Positions 8,415-16,208 of a stretch of DNA of 26,269 nt are shown here, piece by piece. This stretch comes from a virus. Its lineage: Duplodnaviria > Caudoviricetes. The DNA lies in IMG/VR virus record IMGVR_UViG_3300010362_000093, positions 1-26,269 of that record; one strand, 5' to 3'. Each line of letters opens with the position of its first letter. The stretch's first letter is position 1. The notes under the pieces are model-generated. The model saw only the letters and a program-made list of their open reading frames with translations, had not been told where the DNA came from and did not search any database. Position numbers and translations under genes: made by a program.

Positions 8415-11400
8415 ATGGCCGCGACGCTCCCCGGGACACTCTGGCTCGAACAGCGATCGCCGCTCCTCCGCGGCTATCCGTTCACGTTCGCGACGTGGTT
8501 GCGGAGTCCGACCGGATCCGCGGGGACCGGCCTCATCTCGTGGGGCGCGGGCACGAAGGCCGAAGACTTTCACGGCCTCGTGATCAACCCGTCGCGCGGC
8601 ATCCGCGCGGACTCGCGCGCCGCGGGCGTCAAGGGACAGGCCGACACCGCGGCGACGATGAGCGACGCGCGCTGGTACCACGCGGCGGCGTCGTTCATCA
8701 GCGCGACGGAGCGCCGCGCGTATCTGAGCGGCGTCCGCGACACGAGTTCCGTCGAGATCCCCTACGTCGGTTCGATGCTCGCCGTCGGCGCGAACGCGCA
8801 GAACGGCCTCGACGCGTCGACGCCGACGACCGACTTTACCGGACGCTTTGTCGGCGATCTCGCGCACGCCGCCGTCTTCAATCGCGCACTGAGTGACACG
8901 GAGATCGCGATCCTCGCGAAAGGCTTCACGCCGGAACAAGTCGCCCCGCACGCGCTCGTCGCCTACTGGCCGTTCGCGCGCAACGACAACGACGGGACGA
9001 CGTGGCGCGACCGGTGGAGCGATGGTCGTGACCTGGCGGTCGCCGGGACCGGCTCGGTCGACGATGGCGCCGACGCCCCGCCCATGATCGTGCGGCGCGG
9101 GCGCCGCGGGTTCGTGCATATGCAGCCCGCGCCGACGGCCGCGCCGTCCGGCCTCGTGCTCGTTGCGCCCGCGAGCGGATCGATCGACGTCTACCCGGTC
9201 GAACTCGTCTGGACCGCGAACGGCGCGGACACGTTCGACGTCTACCTCGGGCCGACGGGCAGCGCGCTCTCGCTGGTCGCGACGACGTCCGCGCGCAGCT
9301 ACACGCCGACCGGCCTCGCCCCGGGCACCGCCTACACGTGGCGGATCGTCGCGCGCAACGCCGCCGGGACGACGACGAGCGGCGACGCGACGCTGACGAC
9401 GCTCTCCGCGCCAGAGGCGCCGCTCCTCCCGACGCCGCCGGACGGGGCGATCGGCGTGCCCGCGGGATCGATCCTCAGTTGGAGCGAGGGCGCGCACGCG
9501 TCCGCCTATAACGTCTACTTCGGGCCTGCTGGCGGGCCGCTGGCGCTCGTCGCGGCGGGCACCCTTGCCCGCGCCTATGCCCCGCGCGATCTCGCGTCTG
9601 GGGCCTCCTACGCGTGGCGCGTCGAGGCGGTCAACGCCATCGGGACCGCGCTCGGGCCGGTGTGGACGTTCCGGACGGCGCTCGGGCCGGTGCGGCCTCT
9701 GGCGATCACCCTCGAAGCGGCGCTCGGCGGCGGGTTCCGCTCGAACCTGATCAACGAGTCCTACAACATCGCGACCTATCCGCTCGGCGACGCGATCGCG
9801 CCGGGGGCACGCGCCCAAGACATCAGCGGGAGCGAGTTCCACGGCACGTGGAAGGGGACCGGGTTCGCGCCGGGGATTGCGTTCATGACGATCCCGGAGG
9901 GCGTGCTCGGCTCGACGTTCGACGGCAACGGCTGGGCGGAGGTGCCGAGTGAGACGCCTCCGCAAAGCGGCTGGAACCTCTCGCTCGCGCAAGGCGACGT
10001 CGATATCGCGGTGCTCGTGCGCGACGTGCCGATCGACGGTCGCAACCGGTGCATCGTCGGCAAACAAGACGGCGATCAATTCGGCAACGGCTGGCACCTG
10101 TCGATCGTCAACGGGCAAATCGAATTCTTCATCCGCGTCGCGGGGAACACCGTCGTCAACATGCACAGCGCGACCGTCCTCGACGCGCGCGAACACATCA
10201 TCACGACGAGCTATCTCACGGAGGATCGCGAAGCAATCATCGAGATCGACGGCGTGCGCGATCGCACGGTGACGGGGCTGAGCGGCGTCGAACTGCAATA
10301 CACGACCGGGCCGCTGCGGATCGGCGCGTTCGTCGACGCGGCCGAAGCCGACGGCTCCGGGTTCATCGGCACGATGGCGTATGTGTCGTTCGGGCGCGAA
10401 GGCGATCGGACGCTCGGCGCGCGCTTGCAGGCGACCCGCGCGTGGACCGCACTCACGGAGGACGTGCGGACGACGCCCGCGCCGATCGCGACGCGGACCG
10501 GGATCCCCGGATCGTCGGCGAGCGATCACGTCGCGACGACCGGGACGCTCACGTTCCCGATCGACAACTCGCGACGGCGCGAGGGCCTCGGCGCCTACAC
10601 GCCCGGTCACCCGAACGTGCGCGCGGGTTGGGAACTCGGGATCCCGATCCGCCTCTCGGTCCTCTTCGGCGTGCGCTACTACGTGTTTCACGGACGGCTC
10701 GCGGAGGTGCGACCGATCCCCGGGCTGCGCGGCTCGCAGCACGCCGACTGCTCGGTCACGGATTGGATGGACGTCGCCGCGGGCACGCCGATCACGACGC
10801 TCCCGATTCAACTCAATCTGCGATCCGATCAGGTGTTCGCCGCGGTGCTCAGTCAAGCGCAAGGCCGCGCCCCCATGGCGATCGACGCGCACCTCGGACA
10901 AGGGACGTTCCCGTTCGCGGCCGACATTGGCGAGAGCGAGCGCGAGACGATGCTGACCGAACTCGGTCGCGTCGCGCTGAGCGAAGACGGGTTCATCTAC
11001 ATCCGCGGCGATCAGCAGGGCGGCGGGCGGCTGACGTTCGAGGCACACGGCGAGCGGCTCGACAAACCGGTCGCCGCGACGATCTCGAACACGATGCAGG
11101 GCCTCGACGTCGGCTACACGCTGGAGCGGTTCTACAACATCGTCCGCGTGTTCTATACGCCGCGCAAAGTCGACCCGAACATTCACGCGCTCTACGTCCT
11201 CGGTAACTCCGAGTCGCCGCAGAAGATCGAGGCGGGCGCGACGCGCGTGATCTCCGGCGGCTACGTCGATCCCGATAACCTCGCGCAACGCGTCGGCGGG
11301 ACCGAGATGCAACCGCTCACCGCGGGGATCGACTACGGCCTCCGCGCGAACGAGAACGGGACCGGCGACGATCTCACGATCGACCTCGCGGTCGTGCAAA

Positions 11401-12044
11401 CCCTCGGCGGGAACTCGTTCCGCGTCGAACTCACGAACAACAGCGGGCAGGATGCGTTTCTGTGGGTGTCGAGTGGGATCGCGCTCCAAGTGCGCGGGCG
11501 CGGGATCTATCACTATCAGCCCGCGAGCGAAGAGCGTCGCGACATGGTGAGCGTCCGCGAGCGCGGGCCGCGCGTGCTCACGATCACGCTCCCCTACGAA
11601 AGCGACGTGACGCGCGCGGGCGCGATCGCCGACTACTACCTCGCGCTCTTCAACCGCGAACAGCCGGTGCCGTCGAGTCTCACGATCAACGGGAACATCA
11701 ACGCGACGCACATGCGCTACTGTCTCGAACTCGAACCCGGCGACAAGCTCGCGCTCGCCGAACCGCTGACCGGGCTGACGCTCGCGAGTGCGCGCTTCAT
11801 CATTCACGAGAAGCGCCTCTCGATTCTGGCGCCGGGGATCGTCACCGCGTCGTTCGGCCTCGCGCCGTCGCCGCGCGGCGCCGCGGCACTCACGCCCGCG
11901 CGGCTCAACGTGATGCGCCTCGGCGCGTCGCGCCTGAACTATCTCGGGACCGGGGCGCCCATCCCGCCGCCGACGCGGCGCACGCGCCGACCGATCATTG
12001 CTGAAAGGGATCGCTATGCCCGCACTGGATCGCGCGTGGTTTAA
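8415..12044 (+). CDS. Large tail-tip / baseplate-hub protein: LamG + 2x FN3-like + LamG + hub region
   Basis: ATG 8415. LamG motif HAAVFNRALSDTEI; two FN3-like repeats (FDVYLG...YTWRIVARN and YNVYFG...YAWRVEAVN); second LamG (GPLRIGA); hub-like SEDGFIYIRG...LTF and LELEPGDKL. Confidence 0.8.
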   Translation: MAATLPGTLWLEQRSPLLRGYPFTFATWLRSPTGSAGTGLISWGAGTKAEDFHGLVINPSRGIRADSRAAGVKGQADTAATMSDARWYHAAASFISATERRAYLSGVRDTSSVEIPYVGSMLAVGANAQNGLDASTPTTDFTGRFVGDLAHAAVFNRALSDTEIAILAKGFTPEQVAPHALVAYWPFARNDNDGTTWRDRWSDGRDLAVAGTGSVDDGADAPPMIVRRGRRGFVHMQPAPTAAPSGLVLVAPASGSIDVYPVELVWTANGADTFDVYLGPTGSALSLVATTSARSYTPTGLAPGTAYTWRIVARNAAGTTTSGDATLTTLSAPEAPLLPTPPDGAIGVPAGSILSWSEGAHASAYNVYFGPAGGPLALVAAGTLARAYAPRDLASGASYAWRVEAVNAIGTALGPVWTFRTALGPVRPLAITLEAALGGGFRSNLINESYNIATYPLGDAIAPGARAQDISGSEFHGTWKGTGFAPGIAFMTIPEGVLGSTFDGNGWAEVPSETPPQSGWNLSLAQGDVDIAVLVRDVPIDGRNRCIVGKQDGDQFGNGWHLSIVNGQIEFFIRVAGNTVVNMHSATVLDAREHIITTSYLTEDREAIIEIDGVRDRTVTGLSGVELQYTTGPLRIGAFVDAAEADGSGFIGTMAYVSFGREGDRTLGARLQATRAWTALTEDVRTTPAPIATRTGIPGSSASDHVATTGTLTFPIDNSRRREGLGAYTPGHPNVRAGWELGIPIRLSVLFGVRYYVFHGRLAEVRPIPGLRGSQHADCSVTDWMDVAAGTPITTLPIQLNLRSDQVFAAVLSQAQGRAPMAIDAHLGQGTFPFAADIGESERETMLTELGRVALSEDGFIYIRGDQQGGGRLTFEAHGERLDKPVAATISNTMQGLDVGYTLERFYNIVRVFYTPRKVDPNIHALYVLGNSESPQKIEAGATRVISGGYVDPDNLAQRVGGTEMQPLTAGIDYGLRANENGTGDDLTIDLAVVQTLGGNSFRVELTNNSGQDAFLWVSSGIALQVRGRGIYHYQPASEERRDMVSVRERGPRVLTITLPYESDVTRAGAIADYYLALFNREQPVPSSLTINGNINATHMRYCLELEPGDKLALAEPLTGLTLASARFIIHEKRLSILAPGIVTASFGLAPSPRGAAALTPARLNVMRLGASRLNYLGTGAPIPPPTRRTRRPIIAERDRYARTGSRVV

Positions 12045-14313
12045 CTCGCTCGTCGACGACTCGGGAGCGGGCCTCGACGGGACGGTCTGGAACAAGCACC
12101 AGATCGATCTCTTCATGGACACGATCGACGCGGCGTTCGCGCAGATGGCCGCGGACCCGCCGATTAATCACGCGTCGCGGCACGCGTCGACGGGCGAGGA
12201 TCCGGTCGACGTGACCACGCTCGGCGGCTTCCCGGGCGGCACGACGCTCTTCCTCCGCGCCGATCGCACGTTCGCGCCCGCGGGCGGCGGCGGCGCGGGT
12301 CCAAATTTCACCGAACCCGTCACGATCACGAACAACACGCCGGGCAGCGCGAATGCGGCGTTAGTGCTGATCGATCCGTCCGCGCCTGCGGATCAGCATC
12401 GGTTCGCGCTAGTGTCGTATCAAGGGTCGTTCGTGATCCTCGCGCAGACCGATGCGGGCGGGGTCGTCCTGGCGGCGACGCTCACGTTCGCGCCGGATGG
12501 CACGCTCTTCATTGGGAACGATCGGATCGTGCTCGCCGTCGCGGGCGGGTTTCCCGGCGGCACCTCGACGTTCCTCCGCGCGGACGGCACGTTCGCGCCC
12601 GCGGGCGACGTGTCTGCGGCCGGGAACAACACGTTTACCGGCGTGAACACGTTTACACAACTCGTGCGTCTGTCTGGTCTCGATAACGCGCACGCGAACT
12701 ACATCGCTGAGAACGCCGCCGCGAATCAGCGCGGGTGGGGCGCGGGGGCCTATGCCGATGGCCTGTTCTGGATCTTTTCGCAGAACGATGACGGCACGGA
12801 CCAACTCGGCGGCGAATACAGTTTCAGCCGTGACGGCGTGTTCACCATTGCAGGCAAGCGGGCGCTCGCCGTGACCGGCGGGTTCCCCGGCGGGACGTCG
12901 ACGTTCCTCCGCGCGGACGGCACGTTCGCCACACCGACCGGCGGCGGCACGCCTGCCCCACACGCCGCGAGTCACGCCGCGGGCGGGAGCGATCCGGTGA
13001 GCGTCCTCACGCTCGCGGGGTTCCCCGGCGGCTCGACCCAGTTCCTCCGCGCGGACGGGACGTTCGCGACGCCCGCGGGCGGGGGCGGCGGCGGCGGCGA
13101 CGTCGTCGGTCCGGCGAGCGCGATCGATGAGGGGATCGTCCGGTTCGACGGCACGACCGGCAAGGTGATCGCGAGTCACCCCGGACCGTGCATCAACGAC
13201 GCGGGCGCGATCTACAACGCGAGCGATCTGTACATGAGCGGCCTGCTCTCGGCGGGACAGGTGCAGACCTCCGGCGCGATCCAAAGCGGCGAGGATATTT
13301 TTATTCCGAACAGCCGCACGATCTTTTTCCGCAGCGGCGACGGCTCGAAATGGATTTCGCTCTTCGGCACGAACTCGGCGAACGCGATCAGCTTCGGCAA
13401 TGCCGACGTGCCCTACATCTACTGGAACGCGCTGATCCTGCCGTCGCCGACCGCGACGCGGGACTTGGGCCACACGGACTTCCGCTGGAAAGACGGCTGG
13501 TTCAGCGGCACGATCACCGCGGGCGCCGCCGCGCTGGAGAGTGCCGCCCCGTATCTTCGCCTCACGGATACGTCGCAGGGCGCGAACGCCAAAACGTGGT
13601 ATCTCAAGCCGCAACCGGGCGGCTCGCTGGGTCTGTTCGCGGCCGATGACGGCGGCTCCGCGCAAGCGTTCTATACCTTTCAGCGCGATGGCGGACTCGT
13701 CGTCCCCTCGTATCTCGTCGTCGGTGGGAAGACTGCACTCGCCGCGACGGGCGGGTTCCCCGGCGGGACGTCGACGTTCCTCCGCGGCGACGGCACGTTC
13801 GCGGCGCCCGCGGGCGGCGGCACCTCAAAACCGTTTCTCACCTTCACGCCGCAACGCAACCAACCGCCCGCGACCAACTACGCGACGCTCGCGCTCCGCA
13901 ACGCGCATCCGGTGTTGGAGTTCGTCGCCGCGACCGACACGGAGGCGATCTTCGGCGACGTGCTCCCGCCGTCGTATGCGGGCGGCGGGATCACGCTCGA
14001 CGTGTGGGTCGTCTTCGCGACCGCGACGAGCGGCACCGCGCGCTGGCAAGCGGCGTTCGAGCGGATGCCGGAGGCGGGCGCGAGTATCGACGCGGATTCG
14101 TTCGGCGCGTTCGTCGCCGCGGCGACCGGCGTCCCGGGCACGAGCGGATCGATCGCGAAGTTCTCGATCGTGTTCAGCAACGCGGACATCGACGGGCTAC
14201 TCGCGGGCGAGGCGTTCCGCCTGAAGATCCGCCGCGACGCCGACGGGACAACCGGCGCCGACACGGCCGCGGGCGTCGCGCAACTCCTCCGCGTCACGCT
14301 GCGAGAACCGTGA
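12016..14313 (+). CDS. Modular tail fibre / receptor-binding protein
   Basis: SD AAAGGGA then ATG 12016; five GGFPGGTSTFLRADGTFA-type repeats; fibre-like motifs NNTFTGVNTF and DLGHTDFRWKD. Confidence 0.82.
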   Translation: MPALDRAWFNSLVDDSGAGLDGTVWNKHQIDLFMDTIDAAFAQMAADPPINHASRHASTGEDPVDVTTLGGFPGGTTLFLRADRTFAPAGGGGAGPNFTEPVTITNNTPGSANAALVLIDPSAPADQHRFALVSYQGSFVILAQTDAGGVVLAATLTFAPDGTLFIGNDRIVLAVAGGFPGGTSTFLRADGTFAPAGDVSAAGNNTFTGVNTFTQLVRLSGLDNAHANYIAENAAANQRGWGAGAYADGLFWIFSQNDDGTDQLGGEYSFSRDGVFTIAGKRALAVTGGFPGGTSTFLRADGTFATPTGGGTPAPHAASHAAGGSDPVSVLTLAGFPGGSTQFLRADGTFATPAGGGGGGGDVVGPASAIDEGIVRFDGTTGKVIASHPGPCINDAGAIYNASDLYMSGLLSAGQVQTSGAIQSGEDIFIPNSRTIFFRSGDGSKWISLFGTNSANAISFGNADVPYIYWNALILPSPTATRDLGHTDFRWKDGWFSGTITAGAAALESAAPYLRLTDTSQGANAKTWYLKPQPGGSLGLFAADDGGSAQAFYTFQRDGGLVVPSYLVVGGKTALAATGGFPGGTSTFLRGDGTFAAPAGGGTSKPFLTFTPQRNQPPATNYATLALRNAHPVLEFVAATDTEAIFGDVLPPSYAGGGITLDVWVVFATATSGTARWQAAFERMPEAGASIDADSFGAFVAAATGVPGTSGSIAKFSIVFSNADIDGLLAGEAFRLKIRRDADGTTGADTAAGVAQLLRVTLREP
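12223..13815 (+). repeat. Five dispersed ~63-66 bp in-frame direct repeats within the tail fibre gene
   Basis: Copies at about 12223-12285, 12544-12606, 12877-12942, 13015-13080 and 13750-13815; core TTCCTCCGCGCGGACGGCACGTTCGC nearly identical among copies. Confidence 0.92.
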
Positions 14314-14936
14314 TGGCGCGCGTCTTCAACGGCACCAATACCGGCCTCTCGGTCACGACGGCGATCGTCGCCGCGTATCCGTTCTCGTGGGGCTGCTGGT
14401 TCAAGGGCGCGCAACAGGCCGCGAGCTTGATGTCGCTCAACGCGAGCGCGACGCTCCGGCACGATCTCAGCGTCGCGAGTGGCGGCTTCCTTCGCAATCA
14501 GCAGGCGACGTCCGGGAACAACGCGACGAGCGCCGTCGCCTACACGGCGGGCGTGTGGAACCACGGCATCGCGATCTGCGCGTCGAACACCGACCGCCGC
14601 GTCTACTTGAACGGCGGCAACCGCGCCAACAACACGAACAACCTCGCGTTCGCCGCGATCGATAACCTCTGGGTCGGCGCGCAACGCGTCAACGCGGATT
14701 GGTGGAACGGCTCGATCGCGGAGGCGGCGATCTGGAATGCCGCGCTGACCGACGCGGAAGTCGCGAAGCTCGCCGCGGGGATCTCGCCGCTCTCCATGCG
14801 CCCCGACAAGCTCGTCGCCTACTGGCCGCTCTACGGCGGGTTCTCGCCTGAAGTACCGTACAAGGGGACCGCCGCGCTCGTGCTCACGAACGCGCCGACG
14901 CGCGGCGATCACGTACGCATCTTTGGAGTGATCTGA
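14313..14936 (+). CDS. Standalone LamG/ConA-like domain tail protein
   Basis: TGATG coupling to the fibre gene; YPFSWGCWFK...NGSIAEAAIWNAALTDAEVAKLA...LVAYWPL. Confidence 0.85.
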   Translation: MARVFNGTNTGLSVTTAIVAAYPFSWGCWFKGAQQAASLMSLNASATLRHDLSVASGGFLRNQQATSGNNATSAVAYTAGVWNHGIAICASNTDRRVYLNGGNRANNTNNLAFAAIDNLWVGAQRVNADWWNGSIAEAAIWNAALTDAEVAKLAAGISPLSMRPDKLVAYWPLYGGFSPEVPYKGTAALVLTNAPTRGDHVRIFGVI

Positions 14937-15115
14937 TGCCCGACGACGTGAAGCCCGCAGACCAACCGGTCGCGGAACGATTGCATGGAATCGTCGAACG
15001 CTTGCGCGAGAAGCTGATCGCCGCGGGCGTGTTCGACGAACAGGCGGCGCGCGATCTGACCGAACTCGCGCGCCTCGCCGCGGCGCTCGTCCCGCCGCAA
15101 CGTCACGTCGACTAA
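14936..15115 (+). CDS. Hypothetical protein (59 aa, absent from the ORF track)
   Basis: TGATG coupling with an upstream GGAG; MPDDVKPADQPVAERLHGIVERLREKLIAAGVFDEQAARDLTELARLAAALVPPQRHVD. Confidence 0.7.
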   Translation: MPDDVKPADQPVAERLHGIVERLREKLIAAGVFDEQAARDLTELARLAAALVPPQRHVD

Positions 15116-15132
15116 CCGGACTGGAGGACTCA

Positions 15133-15261
15133 ATGACCGATCAACAGCAACAGCCGAACCCGCCGCCGCAACCGAAACCCGGCGACACACCGCCGAAGGG
15201 GCCGACCGATCCGTCGCGCCCCGGCCAGCGCGACGACGATCAGAACCCGCAGCGACGGTAG
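15133..15261 (+). CDS. Pro/Gln-rich small protein (42 aa, absent from the ORF track)
   Basis: Strong SD GGAGG at 15123-15127; MTDQQQQPNPPPQPKPGDTPPKGPTDPSRPGQRDDDQNPQRR. Confidence 0.65.
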   Translation: MTDQQQQPNPPPQPKPGDTPPKGPTDPSRPGQRDDDQNPQRR

Positions 15262-15269
15262 ACCGTGCG

Positions 15270-15455
15270 ATGATCCCGGCTGCGGGCGTCGTCGTCGGAC
15301 TTCTCGTCGCGGGCCTTGCAGCTTGGTTCCTACGCCCCCGCGACGACGCGCGCGTCTCGCAAGCGTGGCTCGACGCGTATCGCGGGGGTCGTCTCTCTCA
15401 CATCCTCGCCGCTGATCCTGCCGACGATCCCCCCTTCGATCTCCCGCTGCGCTGA
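15270..15455 (+). CDS. Small single-pass membrane protein (61 aa)
   Basis: Hydrophobic N-terminus IPAAGVVVGLLVAGLAAWFL followed by RPR; no clear SD. Confidence 0.55.
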   Translation: MIPAAGVVVGLLVAGLAAWFLRPRDDARVSQAWLDAYRGGRLSHILAADPADDPPFDLPLR

Positions 15456-15472
15456 ACTCGACGACGACGCGC

Positions 15473-15739
15473 TCAGAGGCGAACGGTGATCGTCGCGTCT
15501 TCGAGGTAGTGCTTCACGCGCCAGCGCGCGAAGCGCTGCGACGGGCGCCGCTTCCATCCTTCCATCGGTTGCGGTTGCAATCCGAGAGCGACGCGCGCGT
15601 AGAGATCCCCGAGGCTGCATTCGAGGAGATCGGCGACTTCCTCCGGGACGAGGACGAGGGGCACGCGCTCCCACCTGACCGCGCCCTTCCGCGTGCGCGC
15701 GATCTTCACCGGCTCGGCATACGAACAGCGTTTTGACAT
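15473..15739 (-). CDS. Xis/AlpA-like HTH protein, candidate recombination directionality factor
   Basis: LVLVPEEVADLLECSLGDLYARV...PQP...RFARWRVKHYL pattern; adjacent to attP. Confidence 0.65.
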   Translation of the reverse strand: MSKRCSYAEPVKIARTRKGAVRWERVPLVLVPEEVADLLECSLGDLYARVALGLQPQPMEGWKRRPSQRFARWRVKHYLEDATITVRL

Positions 15740-15797
15740 AGCGGCGAGAGCCTACACCTAACGGTCGTCTCATGACTGTTCCGCGCGCGCGCGTAAC

Positions 15798-15813
15798 TGT
15801 TTCACGTGGAACG
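15798..15813. promoter_or_regulatory. parS: Chromosomal-type parS (ParB/Spo0J-binding) site
   Basis: TGTTTCACGTGGAACG; its reverse complement CGTTCCACGTGAAACA matches canonical TGTTCCACGTGAAACA at 15 of 16 positions; intergenic. Confidence 0.72.
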
Positions 15814-15937
15814 GAGGCGGACACTCCTGAGCAAACGTCCGCATTGGGTCGCGTGCGACCGTCCGGACTTCGCTGTAGGACCGGCGCCGACGCGCGCGCG
15901 TAGACTTCTCGATCGCGATCGCGTGCGAGGTTGACGA

Positions 15938-16208
15938 GTCTAGACAAGTCACGACTCGTCTCGACGTCGATCGGTCGCGGGGCGGTTATGGGGACGGTTT
16001 GTGGGGACGGTCGACGGATCGCGCGATCGCGCGAGCGTGATTGCTTAGGAAAAGTGCGCGGGGACCGCACTCACGAGAAGAACTTCCCGTTCTCGTGAGT
16101 GCAGTTTTTTGGGGGGAGATTTGCGGATTTACTGAGGAAATCCGCGAAGTGTCGAGACTCGTCTAGACAGGTCTAGACAGGTCTTTGGGGCCAGTGTTTG
16201 GGGCCAGT
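15938..16208. other. Putative intact attP: arm-type repeats, 10-bp-phased repeats and a central dyad
   Basis: 13-bp tandem pairs TT(A/G)TGGGGACGGT (15986-16011) and (C/G)TTTGGGGCCAGT (16183-16208); GTCNNGAC x3 at 15938-15965 and 16151-16178; central 13-bp inverted repeat; located at the 3' end of the integrase. Confidence 0.75.
16067..16110 (+). terminator. Perfect 13-bp inverted repeat plus T-tract (intrinsic terminator and/or attP core)
   Basis: GCACTCACGAGAA-N10-TTCTCGTGAGTGC (16067-16102) followed by AGTTTTTT. Confidence 0.6.

Noticed and set aside
5092-12122. Very long minus-strand ORFs (1115 aa and 1285 aa) and similar ones such as 280-1920, 21634-23289 and plus-strand 16283-17704
   Set aside because: They are shadow frames of GC-rich genes, with Arg-rich non-protein-like composition, and they overlap well-supported genes on the other strand.
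12223-14936. Diversity-generating retroelement or invertible shufflon acting on the fibre
   Set aside because: There is no reverse transcriptase or adenine-specific TR/VR pair in the window, and the repeats are direct and in-frame with no inverted cassettes or invertase.
15782-15900. Alternating CG runs as functional Z-DNA elements (also 19603-19612)
   Set aside because: CG-rich runs are frequent throughout this sequence, and there is no independent support.
15938-16208. Mini-CRISPR array, tRNA fragment or canonical dif site in the repeat region
   Set aside because: The repeats are 8-13 bp and tandem without spacers; no cloverleaf or T-loop is visible; the dyad does not match the XerD-arm consensus TTATGTTAAA.
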